NCBI RefSeq assembly: GCF_006345805.1
Contig: NC_043004.1
Span: 93,496,001-93,560,000 of the forward strand
From: Octopus sinensis
Taxonomy: Eukaryota
Length of the DNA stretch: 64,000 nucleotides
Reading direction: 5' to 3'
Below are positions 24,370 to 36,180 of the stretch, one piece after another (the stretch's first letter is position 1; each line of letters starts with the position of its first letter). The translations under genes and the position numbers were made by a program. The notes beneath the pieces were generated by a model. It had not been told where the DNA came from. It searched no databases and worked only from the letters and a program-made list of their open reading frames with translations.

Positions 24370-25224
24370 ATTCGATCAAACGTCCATTGTGACTGAGCGA
24401 GAACTTTTTCATTCAAAATATTTTTGCAGAGAACCTTAAGTCGGAACTGTTAAATCCTTATAGACAAGCATCGAAGTATTTTAATAGACTGCTTCCCACC
24501 TAACAACTGATATAACTTCCTCCAGAAAAAAACCAACATCTGTTTTGTCTTTTTTCACTTAACTTCTAGTCAATGACAGTTTTGCGTCGACTTTTTTTTT
24601 AAATGCCTGATCAGACATTAAACTATTAGTTTTGTTCTATCCTCGTTCTATCAATGTTAGTTTTAAATATCTACTTCATGTATGACCAAAATTTCAATTC
24701 AATATTTTAGTGGTTTTGTGTAACAGCGCGTGTTTATGTTCGCTTCCATGTTTTCATCCGTGTATTTCAGTACGACTGCTTGTTCAATTTGTATGTGTAT
24801 ACGATTTGTTTCAAATGAGCAAGTATGATCTTCTCCTGTTTTCTCTTTCACAGCTGTATTTTCTTTTTTCCTCATTATGTTCCATCTCTCCTCCGTTTCC
24901 CCTCATACACTTCATTAATTAAAATTTTAAATATGTCACTTTATAATTTAAAAACTGTTAGAACGCTTTACATTTGACATTGCTGACAGAAAAGTTATAC
25001 ATATTTCCTAACACATGAATAAACTTATTTACCATATTTTAAAATATATTTTGAAATATTTATTTTTGCAATCATTCATACGAATTTTCCAACAATTCCT
25101 TTGACATTCAAGAGTGTGGGCATCCTTCATCCAATCAAAGAAGATTAATTTCTTGATCGATACTTCTAATAGAATATATTTTTCTATTGTTCTATTTGCT
25201 TCATTTTCAAATGCTATGACGTTA

Positions 25225-25555
25225 TGTTTTCCAATTATAATGTGTGGTCATTGTTGAGACTGTAATTGTTATGTCTACTCTAGCAGTCACGATATTTTCT
25301 TGGTATTGGATACAGTGTATCTCTTCCATACCAAAATGGCAATACACCGCATCATCGTCTAACGTGCTATCGCTGATAGCTCTGCAAGACACCAACTTTG
25401 AACCGTCTATCTTGACTGTCATTCGAACTCGACTATAACACGTAACTGACACCTAACTCCAACTGAGAACTCAACGACTCTACAACGACTGACACATGAC
25501 TCTCTCTACTAGTTGACGTCGTCTCACTTATGAGGGATGTACCATTTCCACTACA
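25225..25555 (-). mobile_element. LTR (family LTR-A) preceded by a polypurine tract; probable 3' LTR
   Basis: Starts TGTAGTGG at 25555; PPT AAAAGGGGAGATGT directly upstream; diverged homolog of 32833-33174. Confidence 0.8.
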
Positions 25556-26149
25556 ACATCTCCCCTTTTAGTTTTTTTCTTTTTGGGAAGCAAATAATTT
25601 TATTTTACTTTGTAGCGTAGACTCAAGTGAAATTCCGCTCTCCCATTTATTATATGTACGTGCATTCGAACGTAGCAGGTACCAGCTAGCCTTTGGCCTC
25701 TATTTGGATCACGTTGTGTTCACCACTTTGATTGGTTGGTATTGGTGCAATTTGTCTCCTTGGTTGCGCCAACTTGCCGCGTATAACCAGTCAGATGCTC
25801 TAAATAGGATCACGCGGGACAGCCTGTTTACTACCCTGTTTTAGCCTACAGCTCCTTTTAAGAACTGTTTTACCTCGTTCCGGTGTCTTTGGTTCCAGAC
25901 CTGGTTGTTGCAATCATTCTGTTCGAGAGCAACTTGAAATTACACCGTTAACTGCAAGGTTTGTTTTTGAATTTGTTGCCTGCACGCAGTCGTAGTTTCC
26001 CGTAAGGGAAACGTTGTTGAACATGTGTGTATTGGAAAAAAAAACACTGTGAAACTATTATCCTCTCCTAAGGGGGAAGGATTTGTGAACTTTTTGTTAA
26101 TCTTTGAATAGTATAGGACTTGAAATTATATCCTTGAAAAAAAGGAAGA

Positions 26150-26900
26150 CATACAACCATTCTTTGGAATGATTACGGAGGAAAACGGGGAGAGCAAAAT
26201 TGCTCCCCACAAACGAAGTAATAAACTTGACTAAAGAAAGGACAATTATCTATAAGACTTATGATGTTATTAACAAAATATTAGAACAATTTGAGGAAAG
26301 CACAATCGAAAAATGCCTTGGATCAGTGATGAAACAAATGGACATATGGCTCTTCTGCCATTATATCTGGGACGTAGAACATCCCAGATAAGAAAAAAAT
26401 ATTCTACCGGAGGTGGAGGTCGCGTGGATTGTGGCCGCTCTCTTATTTGAGAGAGAAGAAAAGATAAACATCATCCAGATTTCCAGAGACGCTCCACAGA
26501 ATTGGAGGTGACAGACTCTGGAAATTCTGGCACAGGCCACGTCCATCGACCTCGAAAACCTCCTCGAGAAAATTCACATCGGAGAGGAAACCGTGCTCTT
26601 TTATTTGAGAGAGAAGAAAAGATAAATATCATCCAGATTTCCAGAGACGCTCCACAGAATTGGAGGTGACAAACTCTGAAAATTCTGGCAAAGGCTACGT
26701 CCATCGACCTCGAAAACCTCCTCGAGAAAATTCACATCGGAGAGGAAACCGTGCTGGCAGTATATGTGAAGGGGAGAAGACCCAGGTGTTTCAAATGTGG
26801 CAAAAAGGGACACCTGAGATCCAAGTGCTCGCCTATACAGAAGGACGCTGAGGGGAAAAAGACTCCAGAAGAGGAGGGAAATAAAGAGGCGTACTCAGCC
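26150..26900 (+). mobile_element. Decayed L1/Tx1-like ORF1 with CCHC zinc knuckle and a 158-bp tandem duplication
   Basis: GRRPRCFKCGKKGHLRSKC; 26440-26597 repeated at 26598-26755. Confidence 0.7.
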
Positions 26901-27199
26901 CAGCAAGCAACTTATCCAGATTCAAACAGTCTACTGTTCGTGACTCATTTCACATGGAGTCAACAGCGAATATACAACCTGCATGAGCTCCTGTACAAGT
27001 GACCCAGGCAGCAGTATCACAGCCACGCCTTCACGGACGACATGTACCTGTAACCGGCTCAGCATCATAGCCACAACTTCTTGATACAGTATTTCAACTA
27101 CCGTGTACGTCTGGTTACAAACTGGTATTATCTTCCTTGTGTCTATGAACTTCTGGCTTCGATGGCTATAAACGTTTTCCCTATTTTCTTTTTTAGCCA

Positions 27200-27370
27200 T
27201 CGGCTGTGTGGTAAGTAGCTGGCTAACCAACCACATGGTTCCGGGTTCAGTCCCACTGCGTGGCATCTTGGGCAAGTGTCTTCTACTATAGCCCCGGGCC
27301 GAACAATGCCTTGTGAGTGGATTTGGTAGACGGAAACTGAAAGCAGCCTGTCGTATATATGTATATATAT

Positions 27371-27417
<47 letters not shown>

Positions 27418-27635
27418 TGTATGTGTGTGTTTGTGTGTATGTGTTTGTCCCCCTAGCATTGCTTGACAACCGATGCTGGTGTGTTTATGTCCCCATTACT
27501 TAGCGGTTCGGCAAAAGAGACCGATAGAATAAGTACTGGGCTTACAAAGAATAAGTCCTGGGGTCGATTTGCTCGACTAAAGGCGGTGCTCCAGCATGGC
27601 CGCAGTCAAATGACTGAAACAAGTAAAAGAGTAAA
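27200..27635 (+). mobile_element. SINE family A inserted in LTR-B
   Basis: Full-length body. Confidence 0.9.
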
Positions 27636-27765
27636 GGGAGATATGCCCTTTAACACGCGCATACATCTATGCTTGCACACACACACACATACACTTTGTT
27701 CTCATGACGACCTGTCAATTATTCTGTATACATAACGCTCAAACAAACACGTGTTATCGCATCAA

Positions 27766-28084
27766 CCAGACCGGGCGTTGTGAGTGTTTATTGAGCGAAA
27801 ACACCTAAAGCTCCACGAGGCTCCGGCAGGGGATGGTGGTGATCCCTGCTGTACTCTTTCACCACAACTTTCTCTCACTCTTACTTCCTGTTTCTGTTGT
27901 ACCTGTATTTCAAAGGGCCGGCCTTGTCACTCTCTGTGTCACGCTGAATATCCCCGAGAACTACGTTAAAGGTACACGTGTCTGTGGAGTACTCAGCCAC
28001 TTACACGTTAATTTCACGAGCAGGCTGTTCCGTTGATCGGATCAACCGGGACCCTCATCGTCGTAACCGACGGAGTGCTTCCAC
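27766..28084 (+). mobile_element. 5'-truncated SINE family B with an 11-bp TSD
   Basis: TATCGCATCAA at 27755-27765 and 28085-28095. Confidence 0.9.
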
Positions 28085-28399
28085 TATCGCATCAATAAAT
28101 ATTCTCTTAATCATTCTTACGCAGTCGTATCTCATTCCATCTGGCATTTATTTGTTCTATTCCATTTCTCTTCATTGTAACAGCTGTGTGATGTGGTGCA
28201 AAAGAGCCATACCCGTCACCTCACATCGCACGGCCCTTACAGACCGATGACCCAGTCTAAAGAACTATCGCCACGGCAATTATAAATTGGTGACCCGACT
28301 TAAAACACACATCTACGGTCATTACAACTTCATTCACCACACGTCCCATTTTTGAGTTTTTCTTCTTTTTTTGTACAACTTAATATTTTTTCTTTTTGG

Positions 28400-29140
28400 C
28401 GTCTATTTTTAGGAACTCTGTGTTCGTTTTCTCCCACTTGCACGCGTGAGTTCAACCACCTGTAACGGTGTTGGTACCTGGAATGTGTCATGCAGCCTTT
28501 CCATAGGTACTTCCAATCTGTTTGGTTCATTTTCTACGAATCTCTTTAATTGGTTTCTGTGTCTCTTTTCAATACTTTTTTTTTACTTTTTATCCCATAC
28601 TTCCTATGTACTTTGTAATTGTAATTTCGCTTTCTTACCAGTACTGTTTTCCGTTTTTATACGACCTTATCACTGATTTTGAAAACTTTTGATATGTCCT
28701 TCCTGGCACTTTTTTTTTTTTACATAAACCGTCGGTGCTGCCCAGTTTCAGTGGTCGATTTTCTCAATTATAGCTTGACTTTCCAGTCTTTTCAAATCTT
28801 TGTTCACCTGGTCTATCGCCGCAAACGACACGCTCCGTTTAGGCCTAAAAACAGGTATTGAATTTTCTTTTACAGTAACAGCCCAGTCCTTCCAAAAAAA
28901 AAAAAAATAATAATAAATAAAAGCATTTGGAAATTATTTTTTTTTTTTCGGTTCTTCGGTTTCATTCGAGCCTTTGACTGTCCCAACTACATTTTCACAG
29001 AGAACACTTATAGGGGTATCCCACATTTTAAATATCTTCATGCATTCTGTGCCAAATAAGTTCAATGATTTTTTTTTCAGCACATTTATTGCCGTTTTCG
29101 TTTTACCTCGAAAAGTTACACTGCAAACGCATTGGCCGAT
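28400..29140 (-). pseudogene. Mag-type Gypsy pol remnant: protease C-terminus, RT start, large deletion, integrase C-terminal region
   Basis: IGQCVCSVTFRGKT...SLNLFGTECMKIFKMWDTPIS...IPVFRPKRSVSFAAIDQVNKDLKRLESQAIIEKIDH*NWAAPTVYVKKK, then ...EKRHRNQLKRF...MERLHDTFQVP. Confidence 0.85.
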
Positions 29141-29155
29141 AAAATATAATTTCCT

Positions 29156-31109
29156 ACTCTGCTTAATGCAGAGCTGAAGATTTTGGCCAAGGTACTAGCA
29201 AAAAGATTGGCGCAGGTCGTGGGTAGACTTGTCGGTGAGGCACAAACCTGTGCAGTCCCGGGCCGGTCCACACACGACAATCTCCATCTTATACGCTATA
29301 CCTTAGAGCGGGTTAATAGGGTATCTGGCAAGGGCGGGGCGCTGGTACATTTAGACCAGGCTAAATTTTTCGATAAGGTCGACCATCGGTATCTGATGAC
29401 GGTTCTTGCGGCAGTTAGGCTGGGCCCGATCTTTCGCGTTTCGATCATAGCTTTATACAGCATCAATGACTCGATCGTTCGAGTGAACGGTTTCTTTTCG
29501 GAGCCGTTCTCTATCAAGCGCTCAGTTCGTCAAGGATGTCCGCTCTTCCCTCTTCTGTATGTGCTGGCTCTTGAGCATTTATTGCGGAAGTTAGAGAGTA
29601 TGAGTGGCGTCCCGCGAGATCTAGGTTGTGGAAGATCAGTAACGGCGTACGCGGATGATATCACCATCATCGTATCTGAGGCGTGACACCGACAGTGGTA
29701 GGTGAAGCCGTTAAAGAATATGAGGTGGTGGCAGGAGCAAAAATCAACCGGGAAAAGTCAGTCGGCTTGCAGCTCGGCACTTGAAGAGGCAAATGGATGC
29801 CGTCCAACAACGGCCCAGTGAAAATGCTCGGGGTCTGGTTTGGGCCAGACCTCCAGTTAGAGAAAAATTGGAGCGAGGTCACAAGCAGGGCGGCCCATCT
29901 AACCCAGACCTGGTTTGGGCGATGGCTATCCCTGAAAGGAAGGGCGAAGGTTGCAAATGTGTTTATCACATCTGTGATCACATACCGCCTGACTGTCGTG
30001 CTTCCACTTTTTGTGGAAGGGCAGAGGACCTCTTGTAAGGCAATCTATCTGTTGCCAACAACCACTAAAGGGTGGGCTAGGGATGCCGTAGCTGATGATG
30101 CGCAAGCACGCGCTGAGGTTAAGGCATATTTGGCTTTACCTGAATGTTGAACGGGTGTGGTCTCCGTTCGTCAAACTGTTATTTCTTAGACTCACTAGTT
30201 TTAGTGAACTAGAACCATGGATCAAACGTAGACCAAATTTGGGTGCTTGGCAGGCCGAGTGTCGCAAGGTCCTCGCGCTCTTCTGTCGCACGGGCAATAC
30301 TGGTAGCGTAGGTTCCACCTCGTCGTTCTATAGAGGGTTAGTAGAGGACAAGTGTGATGATGCGCTGGGGGAAACCCTGGGCTTCGACGAAGGTCAAACA
30401 GCCATCTTGTTCCAAAATACGTTCGGGCCTGGCAATCTTACCGAGGAGCCTTACCAGTTTACGATAAACTCGCAAAGCATGGTGCCTCATGCTTACCCAC
30501 CTGCCCAGAAGTGGGCGGGACAGTGAAACTGTTCCGCACGCAATTTGGCAGTGTGCGAGGATTTCAGAGTTGTAGGTTTACGTCTAACGACTGCTGTGAC
30601 GGCTTGGAAGAGTACAGTTGTCGTCCGAGTCTGTGATAAACATTATACCACCTCCCTCTCTGAACAGAGTAGGTAAGGTTTGTTTGCTCATTGTGGTCGC
30701 TATAGCGTAAGGGGCAATATGGAAGACAAGGACGAAAGGATTTGTGACAGTCTCTTTCATTTCTGGCCAATATTTGTTCAACTTTTTTATCTTCCTGCTA
30801 TGAAGGAAGATAAGGCTAGAAAGGAAGTGCGTCGGACATGTACGGTAAAAGATAGAAGCAAGTGGGAATGAAAGGTCCTACGTGAGTGCATCCATAAAAG
30901 GTAAATAAGAAGGCTCAGTGGAGGAACGTGTCTTGCGGGGTCGTAACCGTTCCCCCACTCCGTTGCACTGTTTTATTGTCTGTCTTTTCATTGCTTATAT
31001 TCATAGATTTTTTAACTTCATTTTTGTGTAATCACATTCGTTACCCTGACCCCGCATTCATTTTTGTATTGTTCCTCTGTGGTTGGCCCTTGTGGCTTGA
31101 ATAAAATTC
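29156..31109 (+). mobile_element. 5'-truncated Tx1/L1-clade LINE (decayed ORF2 RT and 3' UTR) with a 15-bp TSD
   Basis: TLLNAELKILAKVLAKRL...RQGCPLFPLLY...YADDITI; AATAAA near 31100; TSD AAAATATAATTTCCT at 29141-29155 and 31110-31124. Confidence 0.92.
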
Positions 31110-31397
31110 AAAATATAATTTCCTTCCACTAACGCCATATGCTACTTCATTTGATCTAAATAATTTCCGCTTACCGATTTGTTTCCATGTTTTTACATTT
31201 ATGGTAGTGATGCCACTACCTGAGTCTAATTGCATTTTGACACTTGTCGTTTCGATCTTCACCTTGACGAATTTTCTGTTTGTATTAACTTTTTTTTCTG
31301 CTGACAAATTATTTTTTTCTCGGTGTGATTTAATATGTCCTGTATTCCCATAACAAAAGCACTTCGCTTTTTGAATGCACAATCCTTCCTCAGGAAG

Positions 31398-31630
31398 GAT
31401 TTCTTTATTACCCACAAGGGGCTAAACACAGAGGGGACAAACAAGGACATACATAGGTATTAAGTCGATTATATCGACCCCAGTGCGTAACTGGTACTTA
31501 ATTTATCGACCCCGAAAGGATGAAAGGCAAAGTCGACCTCGGCGGAATTTGAACTCAGAACGTAGCGGCAGACGAAATACCGTTAGGCATTTCGCTCGGC
31601 GGGCTAACGTTTCTGCCAGTTCGCCGCCTT
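31398..31630 (-). mobile_element. SINE family C
   Basis: Reverse complement of 7991-8224. Confidence 0.9.
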
Positions 31631-31987
31631 AGGTGCATACAACCACATGCCATACATGGGTTTATATCCTGATGTTTATCGTGTTTTTTGTGAAGCACTT
31701 ACTTTATCCGTCTTCAGACACTTCCGCACAGGTTTTACCTGGAAACAATTTCTGCGTTGGATTTCCTCTGTGTTTTGTCTTACTTTTAATATCATATCGC
31801 ATTCTTCTGACAGTTTCTGCAGGGTGATATCCTGATTCATTTCCAGCTTTGCAAAGAACCTTCGTTCTGACTTCTGCGTCCTTTTTAGCAGTAAGTACCT
31901 GTGCGAAAATCAGGCATTTGAACGAATCTGGAATTATCCAGTTTAAACATCTCACATTCTTTGTTCACTCTACCCACATATATATAT

Positions 31988-32348
31988 TTCTTTACTACCC
32001 ACAAGGGGCTAAACATAGAGGGGACAAACAAAGGGATTAAGTCGATTATATCGACCAGTGCGAAACTGGTACTTTATTTATCGACCCCGGCGGAATTTGA
32101 ACTCACAACGTAACGACAGACGAAATACCTATTTCTTTATTACCCACAAGGGGCTAAACAAGGACAGACATAGGTATTAAGTCGATTACAACGACCCCAG
32201 TGCGTAACTGGTTCTTAATTTATCGACCCCGAGAGGATGAAAGACAAAGTCGACCCCGGCGGAATTTGAACTCACAACGTAACGACAGACGAAATACCGC
32301 TGCGCATTTCGTCCGGCGCGCTAACGTTTCTGCCAGCTCACCGCCTTA
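31988..32348 (-). mobile_element. Two adjacent family C SINEs (one partial, one full)
   Basis: Repeated family C blocks. Confidence 0.85.
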
Positions 32349-32818
32349 GTAAAGTCTTCATCATCGCTTTTCGCAATGTTCAAGAACTTCAATGTCTGTT
32401 GAACGAGTGTTTTTCACTGACCATCTTACATTACATAAAATGTCAATTGTGTCCGTAAAATTTTATGTCATAAGATTTTTTTAGGCAGTATAAAGTTACT
32501 GTATTTTTTATGCTCTGTTGTCTCCAGTTTCCTCAAAATTCGATGCGTTTCCATTTCGTCCGTCCAGTCTTGGTATTCTTTTTCGAAAATTTGTTCAAAT
32601 CTTCGGTAATATGTCTCGAAGGTGACCTCTTCTTCCGGGATATATTTAGATTCGTGTATTGAATTTTCTACATGGTCAAACGAAAACGTAAGTTTTCCCT
32701 AATTTTACGAATTTTTCGTAAAATATGTACAACAAAACGTTTGTTATTCCTCTGTTGAGTTAATTTCTCTGCGTGAAAAATCTTTTTCTTTTTTTTTAAC
32801 GTCGTTCGCGTGAATTAT

Positions 32819-32831
32819 ATCCTCGTCGCCA
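32819..32831 (-). promoter_or_regulatory. Primer-binding site complementary to the tRNA-Ser(GCU) 3' end
   Basis: TGGCGACGAGGAT one base downstream of the LTR-terminal CA. Confidence 0.8.
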
Positions 32832-32832
32832 C

Positions 32833-33174
32833 TGTTTTGATGTGTTTTCCAGTTATAATGTGTGGCCACTGTTATGACTGTAGCTGTTGTATCTACTCTA
32901 GAAGCCACGATATTTTCTTGGTATCGGACACAATGTATCTCTTCTATACCGGAATGGTAATACACCGCTTCGTCTATCGTTGATAGCTCTGCAAGACACC
33001 GACTTTGAACCGTCTATCTTGACTGTGACTCAAACTTGACTATAGCACATAACTGACACTTAACTCCAACTGAGAATTTGTACGACTGACACGACTTTGG
33101 TTAACGTCGTTTCGCTTTATAGTGGCTGGTTCATACCACTTTCCCCGTGAGAGGGGTGTATCATTTCCACTACA
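32833..33174 (-). mobile_element. 5' LTR (LTR-A) of the Mag-type element
   Basis: TGT...ACA termini, followed by PBS and gag. Confidence 0.85.
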
Positions 33175-33178
33175 TCAT

Positions 33179-33212
33179 CCGAAGATCGTTGACATGAAAC
33201 TCGGAGTAACGG
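33179..33212 (+). ncRNA. Degenerate or truncated hammerhead remnant of the same family as 48845-48882
   Basis: CCGAAGA tcgttgacat GAAA CTC-G-GAG TA ACGG; stem II unpaired; 5' strand of stem I replaced by the adjacent LTR. Confidence 0.4.
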
Positions 33213-35585
33213 TTTGTGAAATAGTAAATAAAATTTAGTCAGGGGAAGGACAGTGTACTTGTCCCTTTTCAGGACTTCTGAAACTGATGAGAGGGAGAGA
33301 GGGAGTTATCTTTAACTGGAAGTCTGATTCCAATCTTTGCAACAAAGTGGATCTCTCTGTTAAAGGCACACAACGGTCAGGTGGTGATGTTAAACAGAGT
33401 GACACATTAAGCCTATTACCCAAGCAGAGCAAATTTCGTCCAACTTTGCATGATTACATGAATCAGATGGGATTTGTCGAGGCAGATCTTTTCTGGCTGG
33501 ATGCTCTTTCTGTCACCAACACTAACCTGTTTCCAAGCAAGGTAATATTGCCTCATGGTCGGGTGTACTTTCGAACTCAGAACGCAGAGAATCGGAAGAA
33601 ATTCTGCAAAACATCCTGGTCAACACTAAGGATTCCGCCAGTCCGTGATACTTAATTTTATCGTTTATGCACATGGGAATGTGTGAGTGTAATATGAAGT
33701 TAAAAACCTTTAGGATATTCCCACGAGATCCAGAAATGAAGTGAAAAACGTGTGTGCATGAAGCAGCCATGTTTGGACGTTTCGCTCACGTTTTCTTTTG
33801 TCATAAAGATAAGCATTTTCTTCATAAATTTCATGTATTTTGAAAATATATTCAAACAAGAAATATTTAGTAGATAAAGCAGGCTTGGATAAACTCTCTG
33901 ATGATCGAAAATGTGTTAGAGTACAGGAATTAGGAAACTTTCAATTATGATGTATTAAAGAATAATCAACATTTATGTATTTTATTGCTTCCGGTGAATC
34001 AACAGTTTTATACGCACACTCATGTATTATTATCATCGTTTTAACGTCCAATTTTCCATGCTTGCATGAATCAGATGGGGTTTGTCGAGACAGATCTTTT
34101 CTGGCTGGATGCTCTTTCTGTTACCAACACTAACCTGTTTCCAAGCTAGATGATACTGCCTCATAGTCGGGCGTGCTTTCACGTAACATTGAAAATGGTA
34201 GCACTCATTCACATTGCTAACACAGCCACCCACCAATGCACACACACACATACATACAGGTACCGAAACTCTTATCCGGAATCCAGAAATCCGGCTATTT
34301 TTGAAATTGGCTAGCTTTGAATTTCGCAGGCTGTAGTAGTTTGTCATGTGGCCGCTTTGCTTTGGTTTCCATGACGTATGCATCACACGACGCCAGATCA
34401 AACAGACCCTGCTTTAGAAATGTATTAATTTGCATATGTTATACAATTTTGTTCTTTACTTTTCTTTGTGTATTTTATATTTTCAGTATATATTTAGCCT
34501 GGATCCAGAAATCCGGACCACCTCTGATCCCAAGGCTGCCGGATAAGAGGTTCTGTACTTGTGTATATATATATATATATATACACGCAAGGAGAATAAA
34601 AAGTTTCTAAATGAATTGCCTTCCCTTATCCACGTATCTATTAATTTTGAAGTTTCATAATCATACATAGTCATATCCAAAATGGAGGCGATTACCAACA
34701 TTCTCATGCGGAACGCTGGCAGAATTGTAGAAACTTTTTTTTCCAAATGAAACCATTGGTAGCACTGTTAATCCACAAAATGTGGTGTTGAGCACTCATT
34801 ATTATTGTTTGATACCACTGCGTGCACACACACACACGATGGTCTTCTTTCAGTTCCCATTTATCAGATTCACTCACAAGGCTTTAGTCAGCCAGGAGCT
34901 TTATGAGAAGACATTCCCATGCAGTGGGACTAAGCTAAAAACGAAACACACATGATTAGAAAATGAACTCCTTATCCACACGCACAATAAAATATACAGA
35001 TGATGCAACGATGAAAGGCAAAATGAAAAGTATAAATGAGAGTAACTAATTATAAATGAGATTAACAAATTTAGACTTTATTTCAAATTTATTGAGACAT
35101 TGTACAAATATAAAATGAGCAGGAGGAGATAATTTGGACAAAATATATATGTGAGTGCATGCATGAATGTGTGTGTGTATGTTATATAGATATATATGAA
35201 CATGTTTGTCTATATGTATATATATATATAGCTGGTGTATATGTGTGTGTAAATGTGAGTGAATACCTATGTATGCGTGAATGAGTGTATATAATTAGGA
35301 TAAAGACATAGGAAGTCATAAGAGGAACAGTAAAAGAAGAAACACATACACAAGATCACACTCTCCGTTTTCCTCTCCTTCATATACACATACTCTCTCT
35401 CAGGCACACACTATCATCTACTCCTTTCTATAAAACCAAGTAAAGGAATATCCAAGTCTGTACTGGTGGTGGTGTGTGTGAAACAACAATCCTAGAATGC
35501 AACTGTAGGAGGGTATAGGTAACAGCGGTCACAAAATGCAGCCGTATATCATAATACTTAGGCTGAATATGGATCTGAGACCTTC

Positions 35586-35623
<38 letters not shown>

Positions 35624-35822
35624 ATGTGTGTGTATATGTGTTAACGTTAGGGCATTTAAATTAAAATCATTAAAAACAATTTTATTGATGGAAGTACTCA
35701 GTACTTCAGGAAAAGTCAAATTTATTTCTCATATTGGGTTAATTGAGATTTCGGCCTGTAGCTACTTATTCAGCCACTGGTTGAATAAGCCACTACAGAT
35801 GAAACTTAAAGCTGCAATCAAT

Positions 35823-35881
<59 letters not shown>

Positions 35882-36070
35882 TAAATTAGAGATAAAACCA
35901 TTATTTTACTATAAAATTAATTTAATATAATATAATATTTTACTATAAAATTGGATTCAATCCTAAATCTGATTTTTCCCTGTAAGTTTGGATTTATTCC
36001 CTAATATTTTATTATATATATATATATATATATATGTGAGAAATGGAAAATGGAGACAAATGCACAAGAT

Positions 36071-36180
36071 GTTATTTATATTGCCGACATATGTTTCGAT
36101 GGATACATTAAAATTAATCTGGGAGGAAAAATAATGTGGAATAATGTATCAATCTCATCAGGGAAGAGATTATAAATAAC
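36071..36180 (-). ncRNA. Type I hammerhead ribozyme with canonical core
   Basis: Minus strand: GTTATTTATA ATCTCTTCC CTGATGA GAT-T-GATACATTA [31-nt loop] TAATGTATC-C-ATC GAAA CATATG TC GGCAA TATAAATAAC. CUGAUGA/GAAA core, G10.1-C11.1 pair, palindromic stem III, GUC triplet. Confidence 0.8.

Larger units (their letters stand above)
25611..28299 (+). mobile_element. LTR-B copy interrupted by a LINE ORF1 fragment and two SINEs, followed by a tRNA-Trp-type PBS
   Basis: TGTAGCG start; block homology to 814-1931; TGGTGACCCGAC at 28288-28299 is a near match (one C short) to the complement of the tRNA-Trp 3' end. Confidence 0.6.
31125..32700 (-). pseudogene. Mag-type Gypsy gag, zinc knuckle and protease remnant, interrupted by family C SINEs
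   Basis: YIPEEEVTFETYYRRFEQIFEKEY...LETTEHKKYSNFILPKK; FKCLIFAQVLTAKKDAEVRTKVL; CFCYGNTGHIKSH; MQLDSGSGITTI. Confidence 0.85.

Noticed and set aside
34682-34760. AAAATGG start with MEAITNILMRNAGRIVETFF
   Set aside because: Stops after 22 codons; no supporting splice partner.
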